NCBI GenBank assembly: GCA_049322215.1
Contig: JBMORU010000001.1
Location: 969,759-1,033,758, forward strand
DNA from: Patescibacteria group bacterium
GTDB lineage: Bacteria > Patescibacteriota > WWE3 > UBA101185 > UBA10185
Direction of reading: 5' to 3'
DNA length: 64,000 nt
The notes beneath the pieces were generated by a model, which saw only the letters and a list, made by a program, of their open reading frames with translations, was not told where the DNA came from and made no database searches. How positions within the stretch are numbered: the first letter of the stretch is position 1; each line of letters starts with the position of its first letter. Shown one piece after another: positions 17,596-27,127 of the stretch. Both the position numbers and the translations under genes were made by a program.

Positions 17596-17745
17596 ATGCC
17601 AGTACCAAAACGTAGACATAGTAAAGGTAGAACAAGAAGAAAAAGGAATAGCCACTTTTTTAGAAAAGTGGTGCATACTGTTAAGTGCAAAAAATGTGGC
17701 GCTGAAAAGCTTCCTCATATAGTATGCACTCAGTGTGAACAATAA
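17596..17745 (+). CDS. rpmF: 50S ribosomal protein L32 (49 aa; below ORF-track cutoff)
   Basis: Translation MPVPKRRHSKGRTRRKRNSHFFRKVVHTVKCKKCGAEKLPHIVCTQCEQ. This has the canonical L32 N-terminus and a CxxC...CxxC zinc ribbon. Confidence 0.85.
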   Translation: MPVPKRRHSKGRTRRKRNSHFFRKVVHTVKCKKCGAEKLPHIVCTQCEQ

Positions 17746-17776
17746 CAAAGTTTGTTTGTTAGTTGAAAACTAGAAA

Positions 17777-18202
17777 ATGGGAGTAATAAATGATCCAAGA
17801 CATAACGCAAGAAAAATAGCACTAGCCGCAGTGTTTAGTTGGCTTTTTTCGGATACTGAAAGAGATCAAAGTCTTGAATTTTCAAAAGACTTACTAGAGT
17901 GTAGCGATTTTGACTCTTCTCTTACAAATTCCCTTATTAGTGGTATAAAACAGCATAGAGTACAGATAGATGGTATTGTTAAGGAATGTGCTCCTGAATG
18001 GCCCTTAGATAAAATATCTAAGGTAGATCTAGTTATATTAAGAATAGCAATTTACGAACTGCTATACAGTAAAAGTGCGCCTGAAAAAGTAATAATAGAC
18101 GAAGCCATTGAGCTTGCAAAAGAATTTGGCAATGACACGTCTAGTAAATTTGTAAACGGAGTACTTGGTACTGTTGCAGATAACAAAAAAAAGTATGAAT
18201 GA
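17777..18202 (+). CDS. nusB: transcription antitermination factor NusB
   Basis: [19 protein letters not shown] and FVNGVLG blocks. Size 141 aa. Confidence 0.8.
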   Translation: MGVINDPRHNARKIALAAVFSWLFSDTERDQSLEFSKDLLECSDFDSSLTNSLISGIKQHRVQIDGIVKECAPEWPLDKISKVDLVILRIAIYELLYSKSAPEKVIIDEAIELAKEFGNDTSSKFVNGVLGTVADNKKKYE

Positions 18203-18434
18203 TGAATATTACAAAAAAATTAAAAAAATGCTTATAGATAATTATGGTGTAGATGAGGATGAAATAGTGGAAGATGCTTATTTTGGTGATGACCTAAACT
18301 TAGGGGATCTAGAACTAGAAGAAATGTTACAAGTTTTAGAAGACGAATATGAAATCACTTTTGAGGAAGAAGAAAGAGGAGAAATAGAAACAGTTGACGA
18401 CTTAACAACATTATTATCGGAGAAACTAGATTAA
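18195..18434 (+). CDS. acyl-carrier-protein-like protein lacking the phosphopantetheine-attachment serine (79 aa)
   Basis: ACP-like pattern [32 protein letters not shown]...ETVDDL. Where canonical ACPs have DLGxDSLD, this protein has DLNLGDLE (Ser to Asp). Start chosen at MNDEYY, with an 8-nt overlap onto nusB. Confidence 0.55.
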   Translation: MNDEYYKKIKKMLIDNYGVDEDEIVEDAYFGDDLNLGDLELEEMLQVLEDEYEITFEEEERGEIETVDDLTTLLSEKLD

Positions 18435-18437
18435 TTT

Positions 18438-19133
18438 ATGCATTTTGACTTTGAAAAAGTAAACAAAGTATTAGAAACTAAACTTGAAGAGGAAGATCTC
18501 TTTAAAACAGCGTTTACACACAGATCTTACTTAAATGAACATCCTGATTACCCTAATCCTTCTAACGAGCGACTAGAGTTTTTAGGAGATGCTGTTTTAC
18601 AGTTTATTTCCTCAGAATTTTTGTACAATACATATCCCGACTGTACTGAAGGCCATTTAACTAACTATAGAGCAGCTATTGTTAATACTAATTCTTTGGC
18701 AAGTGAAGCTTACCGCCTTGGCTACGGAGAATTTTTATTGTTATCTAAAGGAGAAGAAGCCTCGGGAGGTAGAGAAAGAGAATATATTTTAGCAAATACC
18801 TTTGAAGCAGTTTTAGGCGCACTATATTTAGAAAAAGGAATTGGCCATTGCAAAGAATTTTTAGAAAGAGAGCTGTTATACAAAGTGCAAGATATAGTAG
18901 AAAACGAAGACTATAAAGATAACAAGTCAGTGTTTCAAGAAATGGCACAAGAAAAAAAGGGAGTAACACCCACATACGAAGTTATGGATTCGTGGGGTGC
19001 CGATCATAACAAAACATTTAAAGTCGGCGTTTATTTAGGTAAAAAGCTATATGGAGAAGGCCAAGGAAAAAGCAAACAAAAGGCACAACAGAGTGCAGCC
19101 AAAGCTGCATTGGACAAGCTCCAAAACGAGTGA
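18438..19133 (+). CDS. rnc: ribonuclease III
   Basis: Signature ERLEFLGDAVL and a C-terminal dsRBD (KSKQKAQQSAAKAAL). Confidence 0.9.
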   Translation: MHFDFEKVNKVLETKLEEEDLFKTAFTHRSYLNEHPDYPNPSNERLEFLGDAVLQFISSEFLYNTYPDCTEGHLTNYRAAIVNTNSLASEAYRLGYGEFLLLSKGEEASGGREREYILANTFEAVLGALYLEKGIGHCKEFLERELLYKVQDIVENEDYKDNKSVFQEMAQEKKGVTPTYEVMDSWGADHNKTFKVGVYLGKKLYGEGQGKSKQKAQQSAAKAALDKLQNE

Positions 19134-19181
19134 TAAAATGCCAAAGCACTTGGTAACAAGTAATGATTTAGTGAATTATTT

Positions 19182-19529
19182 ATGTCAATAACAATAAGAT
19201 TAGCAAAAGTCGGAAAAAAACATGCACCTGCTTATAAAGTAGTTGTGGCTAATACCCGTGATAAAAGAAACGGTAAGTTTCTTGATGTACTAGGGTATTA
19301 CAATCCTTCTATGAATCCTGTAGAATTTGAATTAGATCAGAAAAAGTATTCTGACTGGAAGAGCAAAGGTGCTTTATCTACTAAAGCAATCGAAAAGCTC
19401 GTTGATGGTACATACGAGTTTAAAAAGTATGAACCTAACAAGGGAGAAGAAGAAGCTACACAAGCCGAAGCAGATGATGCAACAGAAACGTCTTCGGAAG
19501 ACGACGTACCTGCTGAACAAGAGGCTTGA
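19182..19529 (+). CDS. rpsP: 30S ribosomal protein S16 with acidic C-terminal tail
   Basis: MSITIRLAKVGKKHAPAYKVVVANTRDKRNGKFLDVLGYYNP. The tail is EEEATQAEADDATETSSEDD. Confidence 0.9.
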   Translation: MSITIRLAKVGKKHAPAYKVVVANTRDKRNGKFLDVLGYYNPSMNPVEFELDQKKYSDWKSKGALSTKAIEKLVDGTYEFKKYEPNKGEEEATQAEADDATETSSEDDVPAEQEA

Positions 19530-19562
19530 GCTAATAGATAATTTGTTATAGGAGGTATATAA

Positions 19563-19862
19563 ATGAAAGAATTTGTAGAATATATTTTAAAGTCTATAGT
19601 TAATAACCCAGATGCGGTTGTTGTTGAAGAAGCAGTAGATGGAACTATTGTTGATATCAAAATAACAGTAGCAAAAGAAGACATGGGCTTGGTAATTGGT
19701 AAAGAAGGTAGAACAATAAAAAGTATAAGATCAATAGCTAAAGCTAAAGCTATATTGGACGAAGTAAAAGTAAACGTTCAATTAGAAGATCCTTATGCTG
19801 AAAATAAAGAAGAAGAAACAACAGCACCAGCTGAAGAAGCTGAAACACCAGCTGAAGAATAA
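19563..19862 (+). CDS. KH-domain RNA-binding protein (YlqC-like)
   Basis: GXXG loop in VIGKEGRTIKSIRSI. It occupies the conserved position between rpsP and trmD. Confidence 0.75.
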   Translation: MKEFVEYILKSIVNNPDAVVVEEAVDGTIVDIKITVAKEDMGLVIGKEGRTIKSIRSIAKAKAILDEVKVNVQLEDPYAENKEEETTAPAEEAETPAEE

Positions 19863-19870
19863 GCAATTAA

Positions 19871-20524
19871 ATGTTAAGATTCGACATAATAACTTTATTT
19901 CCAGGTTTATTTGAAGAATTTGTTAATGGCCTTCCTTTTAGGAAGGCCATTGATTTAAATGTTTTAAATATTTACCTGCATAATTTACGCGACCACGCAA
20001 TTGATAAGCACGGTACAGTAGATTCACGAGTTTATGGTGGGGGAGTGGGAATGCTTTTAAGAATTGAGCCAATTGATAAAGCACTAGAAATGGTTAAAAG
20101 CGATGTTCCAAACACACATGTCATTGTACTAACACCTAAAGGAAATAAGCTCACACAAAAAAAAGCAGATGAGTTAAGCAAAAAAGAAGCTATAACACTA
20201 GTATGTGGAAGATACGAAGGGTTTGACCAACGCGTAGTAGATAATCTTGCAGATGAAGCGCTTTCTATTGGTGATTTTGTACTATCCGGGGGAGAATTAC
20301 CAGCATTGGTAACTATGGAAAGTATCACAAGATTATTACCTGGCGTACTCGAAAAAGAAGATGCAACAAAAATTGAATCTTTTAGTAACGAAAACACATA
20401 CGAATTTCCACAATATACAAGACCTGAAGAGTATAAGGGCTGGAAGGTACCTGAAGTATTACTATCGGGACATCATAAGCTTATCGAAGACTGGCGCAAA
20501 AAAAACAGCGAAGAAATAAAATAA
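19871..20524 (+). CDS. trmD: tRNA (guanine37-N1)-methyltransferase
   Basis: RFDIITLFPGLF, VCGRYEGFDQRV and SIGDFVLSGGELPAL. Confidence 0.9.
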   Translation: MLRFDIITLFPGLFEEFVNGLPFRKAIDLNVLNIYLHNLRDHAIDKHGTVDSRVYGGGVGMLLRIEPIDKALEMVKSDVPNTHVIVLTPKGNKLTQKKADELSKKEAITLVCGRYEGFDQRVVDNLADEALSIGDFVLSGGELPALVTMESITRLLPGVLEKEDATKIESFSNENTYEFPQYTRPEEYKGWKVPEVLLSGHHKLIEDWRKKNSEEIK

Positions 20525-20532
20525 CTTACTTG

Positions 20533-21384
20533 CTACTCATTTTCACCAATTAGCTCTAATACCTCATCTGGAAGAGGCTCTTCTGTAGGAGTTTCCTCAC
20601 CCTCACTTGGTTGTTCTTCAGAAGCGGCTTCTGAGTCTTCAGGAGCCTCAGTAGACTCATCTACGGGGCCTTCTTCTAAAGCTTCATCAACTATGGTGCT
20701 TGGAACGGTAGTATCGAAATAACGAAGCCCTTTGAGCTTGTCTATTAACGCAATGAATTGCTCACTTGTAACATTTAAATTTACCGGATCATCAGTTACC
20801 GCGTTAGACTGAACTTCTAAATAAGGTGATGTTAAAACTACTGATGCTGAAAGCACATCAGCACCTTCTTCACTAACAGATTCACTATAACGCAAACTTA
20901 TAATATCTATTATACGTCCGGAGTTTTCCAGATTACGCAAAAAAGTTTCTATTTGTGTATAGTTTCCAGCAACTCCTAAACTTACTGTAACTGATTCATA
21001 TAATGCCAAGTCAGCATCTTCACCAGAAGTTTCACCAAAGGAATAACTTAGCTTAGTAACTGCTAAACCCGACTCTCTTGCCAAAGAATCTATTTGGGTT
21101 AAAAGAATAGGAACATTAGGGTCAGAAACCAAAACCTGGTCAATTAAGGCAGAATTTTCGTCTACGACACTTTTAAAGTCTAACAAATTATTTAAGTTAG
21201 AAGCTTTTGTTCTTAATTGAGCCTCAAGTTCACGTTTTTGCATAACCTCTGCTTTTAGTAATGGTAATTTACTTATAGAAGGATATACCCAAAAAACAAA
21301 CAACCCAATAGAAACAATGATACTAATTATTGGTATTAAAAAGTTTAGTAGGGTGTCTTTAAGTGTTTGAGTGTTTATATTCAT
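20533..21384 (-). CDS. pilO: PilO-like type IV pilus assembly protein with acidic C-terminal tail
   Basis: N-terminal TM helix plus coiled-coil (KAEVMQKRELEAQLRTKASNL). Position after pilM-pilN, overlapping pilN by 4 nt. Confidence 0.55.
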   Translation of the reverse strand: MNINTQTLKDTLLNFLIPIISIIVSIGLFVFWVYPSISKLPLLKAEVMQKRELEAQLRTKASNLNNLLDFKSVVDENSALIDQVLVSDPNVPILLTQIDSLARESGLAVTKLSYSFGETSGEDADLALYESVTVSLGVAGNYTQIETFLRNLENSGRIIDIISLRYSESVSEEGADVLSASVVLTSPYLEVQSNAVTDDPVNLNVTSEQFIALIDKLKGLRYFDTTVPSTIVDEALEEGPVDESTEAPEDSEAASEEQPSEGEETPTEEPLPDEVLELIGENE

Positions 21385-21965
21385 TTCTTTAGTAAAGATT
21401 CATCAAAATCTATAATAATAAAATACTTGGCAGAGCTATTTTGGCTATCTAAGTTTACTGTTGTTAAAGTAACATTTGTAAATAGTGCCGCTAAACCATC
21501 GCCTGCAGAAGGAAAGTTTTGGTCTGATAAAGTTTTTATAAACTGTGCTATAGAAATATAATCTGAACCTGTACCTGATATATTTATAATTGGGTCACCG
21601 CTGTCTAAACTTAGGTTTGCAATAACTACATTTGCAGGAACTCTTTTGGATAATTCCGAAAGCAAAATAGAAAAGTAATTGCGATCGGCATAAATACTTT
21701 GAACCGCAGAAAATTTAGCATCCAAATTTCGTGCAGAAATTTCTATTTGAGCTAAGTTCGTGATTTCCTTACGTAATTCCTGAATACGGGCTTCTGCACC
21801 ATCAGACTCTTGTTGAAGACTTCGAATTTGCCAGTAATAGTAGCCACTGATACCCAAAACCAGTAACAAAATAAGCAAAGAAACCACAGTACCTGCCTTC
21901 ACCGCTTTTTCTCTTACTTGTTCCTGTTTTTCTTCCTGAGGAATCAGGTTAATACTTTGAGCCAT
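21381..21965 (-). CDS. pilN: PilN-like type IV pilus assembly protein
   Basis: The INLIPQEE N-terminus is typical of PilN (INLLP). TM helix and coiled-coil. Overlaps pilM by 1 nt. Confidence 0.65.
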   Translation of the reverse strand: MAQSINLIPQEEKQEQVREKAVKAGTVVSLLILLLVLGISGYYYWQIRSLQQESDGAEARIQELRKEITNLAQIEISARNLDAKFSAVQSIYADRNYFSILLSELSKRVPANVVIANLSLDSGDPIINISGTGSDYISIAQFIKTLSDQNFPSAGDGLAALFTNVTLTTVNLDSQNSSAKYFIIIDFDESLLKK

Positions 21966-23002
21966 TAACTCGCAAGTCCTTTCATTGCTAGACCAACTGC
22001 AGTTACAAACATAGGCCCAGAATCGGTTAAGTATTCTTTTTTAGAAAGTATTTTTTCGGAAATCCTAATGTTTCTCCAAGGGTTAGCTAGCTCTACTTCT
22101 AAATCTAAATTATTTGCCATGTAAAAGAGTAATCCAGGCATCAGGGCAGCACCTCCGGAAAGTATTACTCTATTAATGATAACATTGGGATTATGCGTTG
22201 TATAGAAAATTTTAGAGCGTTTTATTTCGGCAGTAATATTATCAAATAATGGTTTAAGTACCTCATAAACCTTACCATCTGCCTGAGTGCTATCTAAACC
22301 ATAAGTTTTTTTATATTCTTCTGCCTGATTAAAATCAAAATTTAATGCTTGCGCCAAAGAACGCGATAAAGTATCACCACCCATTGAAATACTTCTAGTG
22401 AAGCGTACGTATCCTTTATATGTAACAATAATTTCTGTACTCAACTCTCCCATATTTAAAATAATGCTAGCGCTTGGCCTACTTGGGTTATCTCCTAAAA
22501 CACGTCCTATAGCAAGTGTTTCGGGCTCAAGTCCTTTGGGAACAAGCTTTGCATCTTTTAAAATGGCCACATATTTACTTAAAACTGCTTGTTTTGCAGC
22601 CACTAACAAAACATCCATTTTATTTTTATCAATAGAATCAGTATCTATTATTTGGAAATCATAATTTACTTCTTTAAGAGGTAAGGGTATGTATTGTTCT
22701 GCCTCAAAGGCTATCGAGCTTTTTAAATCTTTTTCACCCATTTGTGGAACTTTAATAACCCTTGTAAATACGTCGGATTCAGGCAAAGAAACAATTACTT
22801 GATTCGAGGTAAACCCATTTTCCGAAAATATTTCTTTTAGTTTTTCTGAGTAATAGTCTAAGTCTTCTTTTGTATTGGATTCCAAGTTTAACTTGGCGTC
22901 ATTGAAAACGGTAAAGTTTTTAAGAACTTTGTTTCCCTTTATTTCATCTATTTCTAAGGCTTTTATGCTATAAGTACCTAAATCTAAACCTACTATGGAC
23001 AT
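21965..23002 (-). CDS. pilM: type IV pilus assembly protein PilM (actin-like ATPase fold)
   Basis: MSIVGLDLGTYSIKALEI, ILSGGAALMPGL. 345 aa. Confidence 0.85.
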   Translation of the reverse strand: MSIVGLDLGTYSIKALEIDEIKGNKVLKNFTVFNDAKLNLESNTKEDLDYYSEKLKEIFSENGFTSNQVIVSLPESDVFTRVIKVPQMGEKDLKSSIAFEAEQYIPLPLKEVNYDFQIIDTDSIDKNKMDVLLVAAKQAVLSKYVAILKDAKLVPKGLEPETLAIGRVLGDNPSRPSASIILNMGELSTEIIVTYKGYVRFTRSISMGGDTLSRSLAQALNFDFNQAEEYKKTYGLDSTQADGKVYEVLKPLFDNITAEIKRSKIFYTTHNPNVIINRVILSGGAALMPGLLFYMANNLDLEVELANPWRNIRISEKILSKKEYLTDSGPMFVTAVGLAMKGLAS

Positions 23003-23044
23003 GGTTAAATTCTAAAGTCTCTACTGTTTAATAGCAAGTTGCTA

Positions 23045-23857
23045 CTAATTAGAAAGTGGTTCTGTTGTATGTGTTTGAAATAAAGCAAAATCATATTGAA
23101 AGGGAACATAAGATTCGGTTTTTACTACCACAACTCGCTTTACGGCATCGCCAACTTGTCCAACTGATTCAATACGAATGCCTTGCGAAGGTAGAGAAGC
23201 ACCAGAATCAGATAAAACATTCACTTCCACATCGTTATAAAAAGACCGCAACCTAACCAACTTAGAATCGGGTCTGCCATTTATAGTAAAACAATGGGCA
23301 TATCCAAAAGCAGATGTAGCATCATCAAAACCGTTGCTAGTGTATGGAGATCCTAACGAATTTATGGCATAACTATCCATAGCTACAGAACCTGCGTTTC
23401 CATAAACATGGTAGGCCATTACTGAAGGTAAAAATCCGCTACTTGGGCTATTCCAACAAACAAATAAGTCAGTATTATCAGCATACCCATCTGTAATTAC
23501 TTGAGATACGTTTTCCTGTGTAACTCCAATTCCTAATGAGTCTGAAGAACCCTCAGTGCTTAATGTAATGCTTGCAGTAGCTACTACACCATCACTCCCT
23601 GTGATTTCCAAATAACAATCGGAAGTGCAGTTGCTGTTTTGAATATAATCTAATAATGTTTGATTTGGTAACGTTAAAATTCGTTCAACGGCAGCTTCAG
23701 CAACAGCTAAAGCTCTTTCTGAGTTATCGCTTTCACTTATAGTGCTTAAGTTTTTAATAAAGCGGGTGGAAACTGTAAGACCAATAGACAAAGCAATTAG
23801 CATCACCAAAACAATTAAGAGTATCGTTTGCCCTTGTTGATTTTTACCAAAACACAT
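23045..23857 (-). CDS. PilX-like protein (N-terminal hydrophobic helix without classical prepilin cleavage motif), paralog of 28669..29526
   Basis: N-terminus KNQQGQTILLIVLVMLIALSIGLTVS...AVAEAAVERIL. Alignable to 28669..29526 at both termini. Last gene of the minor-pilin block. Confidence 0.5.
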   Translation of the reverse strand: MCFGKNQQGQTILLIVLVMLIALSIGLTVSTRFIKNLSTISESDNSERALAVAEAAVERILTLPNQTLLDYIQNSNCTSDCYLEITGSDGVVATASITLSTEGSSDSLGIGVTQENVSQVITDGYADNTDLFVCWNSPSSGFLPSVMAYHVYGNAGSVAMDSYAINSLGSPYTSNGFDDATSAFGYAHCFTINGRPDSKLVRLRSFYNDVEVNVLSDSGASLPSQGIRIESVGQVGDAVKRVVVVKTESYVPFQYDFALFQTHTTEPLSN

Positions 23858-24390
23858 TAATATGCACCTCTAACAACAACGGTGTTGTCTAGGGAAACAG
23901 CTCCAGTGAAAACAGCCGCTGCTGCAGAACCTCTTTGAATGAAAACTAAGTGAATTTTTACTATAGAACCATCGCTAAGTTCAGAAATATCAGCAAAGTT
24001 AGGTTGACCGTCGCTGCGATCAACTCTTATTCCCGAAACTGAATCGTCGTTTATAATAGTTACTTGACTACCACCATTCACTGCTCTAAATAAGTTACCG
24101 TTTCCATCTACTGTATAAGATATTGTTACTGGGGTATCGTTAAGTTCGCGAGAAATAGTTACTTGTGTAGCACTATTTACTACAACAGAATCCGCATCTC
24201 GCAGCTCTTTTTCCAATTTTAAAAGCACATAATTTGTGTTTTGCTCAATTTCGTTCGCTACACGAGTTTTGTTATAACTTCTTACTAAAGATACAATTAT
24301 GTCACTTGAAACACCTACAGTTATAACAATTAAACTTACAACAATTAACAATTCTATTAAAGTGAATCCTTTAGAATTTTTATTGTGCAT
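23857..24390 (-). CDS. prepilin-type minor pilin
   Basis: Class III signal KG|FTLIELLIVVSLIV with Glu at +5. Confidence 0.75.
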   Translation of the reverse strand: MHNKNSKGFTLIELLIVVSLIVITVGVSSDIIVSLVRSYNKTRVANEIEQNTNYVLLKLEKELRDADSVVVNSATQVTISRELNDTPVTISYTVDGNGNLFRAVNGGSQVTIINDDSVSGIRVDRSDGQPNFADISELSDGSIVKIHLVFIQRGSAAAAVFTGAVSLDNTVVVRGAY

Positions 24391-24872
24391 TACTCTGGCC
24401 TCCAGTTAGAAAGTTCTGTATATGAATGCGCATATTTAACATCAGTACCTACTCGCCAAGAAACAGTAACTGCTATACGAACTAAGTTGTCAGAAGCATC
24501 AACACCATCTCCATTTATAGGGTCACTTGTTGTAAAAAATCGTGTTATTTGGTCGGCACCACTTCCTATTGTTTCGGTACCTGAAGATACGCCTATACCT
24601 GAAGATGTAGTTATATAACAGTTGCTCGAATCGCAGTTTCCCATTGTTGCAGTAAAAGTAGCCCAGTCAGTACTATCTCTAAAGGCGCGGGCTAACTCAA
24701 TTTCTTCATTCACTAATTTAGAACTTTGTAATAAAAGCTTGCTTTGAGTAGACGTTCTTAAAGTAAAAACAGATAAAGAAACCAAAGAGGTTATAACAAT
24801 AAGAGAAATTCCTAGAGCTACAAGTGTTTCTATTAACCCTATTCCGTTTTCGTTTTTAAATAGTTTAATCAT
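24390..24872 (-). CDS. pilin-like protein (degenerate prepilin signal)
   Basis: NG|IGLIETLVALGISLIV with Glu at +5. Start set at the TAATG junction with the upstream gene. Confidence 0.55.
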   Translation of the reverse strand: MIKLFKNENGIGLIETLVALGISLIVITSLVSLSVFTLRTSTQSKLLLQSSKLVNEEIELARAFRDSTDWATFTATMGNCDSSNCYITTSSGIGVSSGTETIGSGADQITRFFTTSDPINGDGVDASDNLVRIAVTVSWRVGTDVKYAHSYTELSNWRPE

Positions 24873-25462
24873 TAGTATTCGCAACTTACTTCAGCAGACC
24901 TTGCGCGAATTAGCCCCGCTGTATTTAATTCTATAGCCTCACAAGATGTATTATCAGAAAATCCCACAGTTATTACACAATTGGTGGGATTTGCATTGTT
25001 ACATTGAAAACCATCAGCAGCTCCAGAACCATCATTAAATGTAACATCACCGTTTTCATAGCTAAAAAACACACAAATTGGTCCGTTTCTAATTAATATG
25101 TTTCTGGGTAAATTTGACCCATTAGTGACCGGTTCGGTAGTGTTGAGACAATTTGCACTATAGTTAGTACCTGTAGCCTTAAAATAAGAATAATTTTTAG
25201 CATTATCGTAAAAACGAATACCCCAGTGAGTATACGTTCCATCTGAACCAACTCCTGACAAAGCATTGTTTTGAACGCTGCGCAAATCGCTTTTTACTTG
25301 TTCCTGCGCTTGAGTACGGCTTTGATTTTCGGAATAGGTGTTAAACCCTGGAACCAAAAAGCCGGTTAAAATAGCAATAAGTGAAACCACCACCAATAGT
25401 TCAATAAGCGTAAAACCTTGCATATTAGGGGTTTTTAGTTTTGTAATGACAAATAAGTACAT
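24872..25462 (-). CDS. prepilin-type minor pilin
   Basis: QG|FTLIELLVVVSLIAIL. Cys-containing C-terminal domain. Confidence 0.75.
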   Translation of the reverse strand: MYLFVITKLKTPNMQGFTLIELLVVVSLIAILTGFLVPGFNTYSENQSRTQAQEQVKSDLRSVQNNALSGVGSDGTYTHWGIRFYDNAKNYSYFKATGTNYSANCLNTTEPVTNGSNLPRNILIRNGPICVFFSYENGDVTFNDGSGAADGFQCNNANPTNCVITVGFSDNTSCEAIELNTAGLIRARSAEVSCEY

Positions 25463-25468
25463 ACTAAA

Positions 25469-26032
25469 TTAACTTTCAGGCTGCTTAACTCCTACACAGT
25501 AGTTTTTTGTAGGGAAATTATTACCACATCCACTTAGATTCCAATTGCTTAGTTGTTCGCAGCGCATCTCCAAATCTGATGCAGCTTTGGGATTTTCTAA
25601 AATAGCAGTGAGTATATAATATCTACCTTGAGCCGAAGCCGGAGAATAATAAGCATATCGGTTAAAATTTGCATTATTGCACGGACTATTTGTTCCGCCG
25701 GTTTCACCACTTGGATCTTCAGGAATATGCGACAAGTAAGCAGGAGATAGAGCAGTCTTCATAAAATTGCTGTTGTTATCGTTAACTTGCCGCCAGGCAC
25801 TTCCAGTGGTAGGATACCTTAGATTTTCTGCAAAATATATTTCTAATGCTGTTTGAATTTTTTGTAAATCGGAAATGCGTTGAGTATCGCGACCTTTCGA
25901 ACGAATACCCGAAGAGTTTAAAACTGCCAAAATAAGTCCACTTAGCACAGATATTATAACTATAACTAATAAAAGCTCTATTAAGGTAAAACCCTTCGTC
26001 TTAAGTAATTTGTTTTGGGCAGCCTTATACAT
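25469..26032 (-). CDS. prepilin-type pilin, paralog of 26538..27080
   Basis: KG|FTLIELLLVIVIISVLSG. Shares RDTQRISDLQKIQTALEIYFAEN with its paralog. Confidence 0.8.
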   Translation of the reverse strand: MYKAAQNKLLKTKGFTLIELLLVIVIISVLSGLILAVLNSSGIRSKGRDTQRISDLQKIQTALEIYFAENLRYPTTGSAWRQVNDNNSNFMKTALSPAYLSHIPEDPSGETGGTNSPCNNANFNRYAYYSPASAQGRYYILTAILENPKAASDLEMRCEQLSNWNLSGCGNNFPTKNYCVGVKQPES

Positions 26033-26044
26033 ACATAAATGTTA

Positions 26045-26557
26045 TCACAATATTGTTAAGTCGTTACCTAGTTCGTAGTATAAATCGTCATCGCCACCAT
26101 CATTTGAATTTAGAGAATATTCTGTGAGTACTTCTAAACTAGCTTGCAACTCATAACCAAAATCAGTATGTGCATAAGAGTAATGGTGGGTACTATCGTT
26201 TAATGGATCAGTAGGAAGTTTTGTAATATAGTCACTTAGGTCGGCTGCAATCCACCCGTTTCCCAAACTATTAACTAAAGGCCCCGAACTTCCTACAGGA
26301 AGTGAAGTACTAACTCTTACAATGTCAGAAAAATCAGGATACACTCCGTTATCTATACGATATTCATTTATAGCTCTGTCTATAAGTTGTAAATCACTAA
26401 CTCGTTTTTCATCTCTAGCTTTACCTCTTAATTCAGATGGATTTACAGATAGTAAAGCATATGCAGAAATAATAGCTATTATCGCTATGACCACAGTTAT
26501 TTCAACATAAGTTAAACCTTTTTCAGAAACTTTTTTATTATGGATTTTCAACACCAT
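26045..26557 (-). CDS. pilin-like protein of the LTIL-tail family
   Basis: KG|LTYVEITVVIAIIAIISAY with Glu at +5. C-terminus GGDDDLYYELGNDLTIL resembles those of 36868..37383 and 44853..45371. Start uncertain (ATG 26557, GTG 26554 or TTG 26551). Confidence 0.6.
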   Translation of the reverse strand: MVLKIHNKKVSEKGLTYVEITVVIAIIAIISAYALLSVNPSELRGKARDEKRVSDLQLIDRAINEYRIDNGVYPDFSDIVRVSTSLPVGSSGPLVNSLGNGWIAADLSDYITKLPTDPLNDSTHHYSYAHTDFGYELQASLEVLTEYSLNSNDGGDDDLYYELGNDLTIL

Positions 26558-27080
26558 AGCACACATCGCTTGTAGCAAAAGAAGAACAAGTAGACGATGG
26601 AATAGACCCGTACCCGTTTAAGCTACTACACTCATTATCATCGTTAGAGGTGGCAACCTCCATTATGGCAGCAAGCATGTATACTGATCCAGAAGCGTTA
26701 GTAATGTAGTGATATCTTTGAATATCTGGTGAGGAACATGGTTGATTAGCTGCAGATCCTTCTTCATCAGCAGGATCTAAAGGTAGGGGATCAATAAAGT
26801 CTGGTTCTAAATAAGAGGGTAGAAAGGAGCTGGCTTTTACCCAACCCTGGTTGCTACCCGAGGTGGGATACTGCCGGTTTTCCGCATAATACAGCTCTAA
26901 TGCCGTTTGGATTTTTTTTAAGTCTGAAGCACGTTGTGAATCACGAGCTTTCGACCTTATGCCTCCTGTATTTATAACAGAAAGCACTAAACCACTTAGT
27001 ACAGAAATTATAACCACTACTACTAACAATTCTATAAGTGTAAAACCATATTCCTTTGTTTTTAAATTTTGCGATTTCAT
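26538..27080 (-). CDS. prepilin-type pilin
   Basis: YG|FTLIELLVVVVIISVLSG. Start moved to MKSQNLKTKE (ATG at 27080), downstream of the hairpin. Confidence 0.8.
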   Translation of the reverse strand: MKSQNLKTKEYGFTLIELLVVVVIISVLSGLVLSVINTGGIRSKARDSQRASDLKKIQTALELYYAENRQYPTSGSNQGWVKASSFLPSYLEPDFIDPLPLDPADEEGSAANQPCSSPDIQRYHYITNASGSVYMLAAIMEVATSNDDNECSSLNGYGSIPSSTCSSFATSDVCYGVENP

Positions 27081-27091
27081 TTTAATAGCAT

Positions 27092-27117
27092 AATGAGGCC
27101 TCCGAGGAGGCCTCATT
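27092..27117 (-). terminator. GC-rich hairpin immediately 3' of the candidate major pilin gene (attenuator or mRNA-stabilising stem)
   Basis: AATGAGGCCTCC pairs with GGAGGCCTCATT (12-bp arms). No clear T-run follows on the minus strand. Confidence 0.45.
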
Positions 27118-27127
27118 GTATAAGCCG

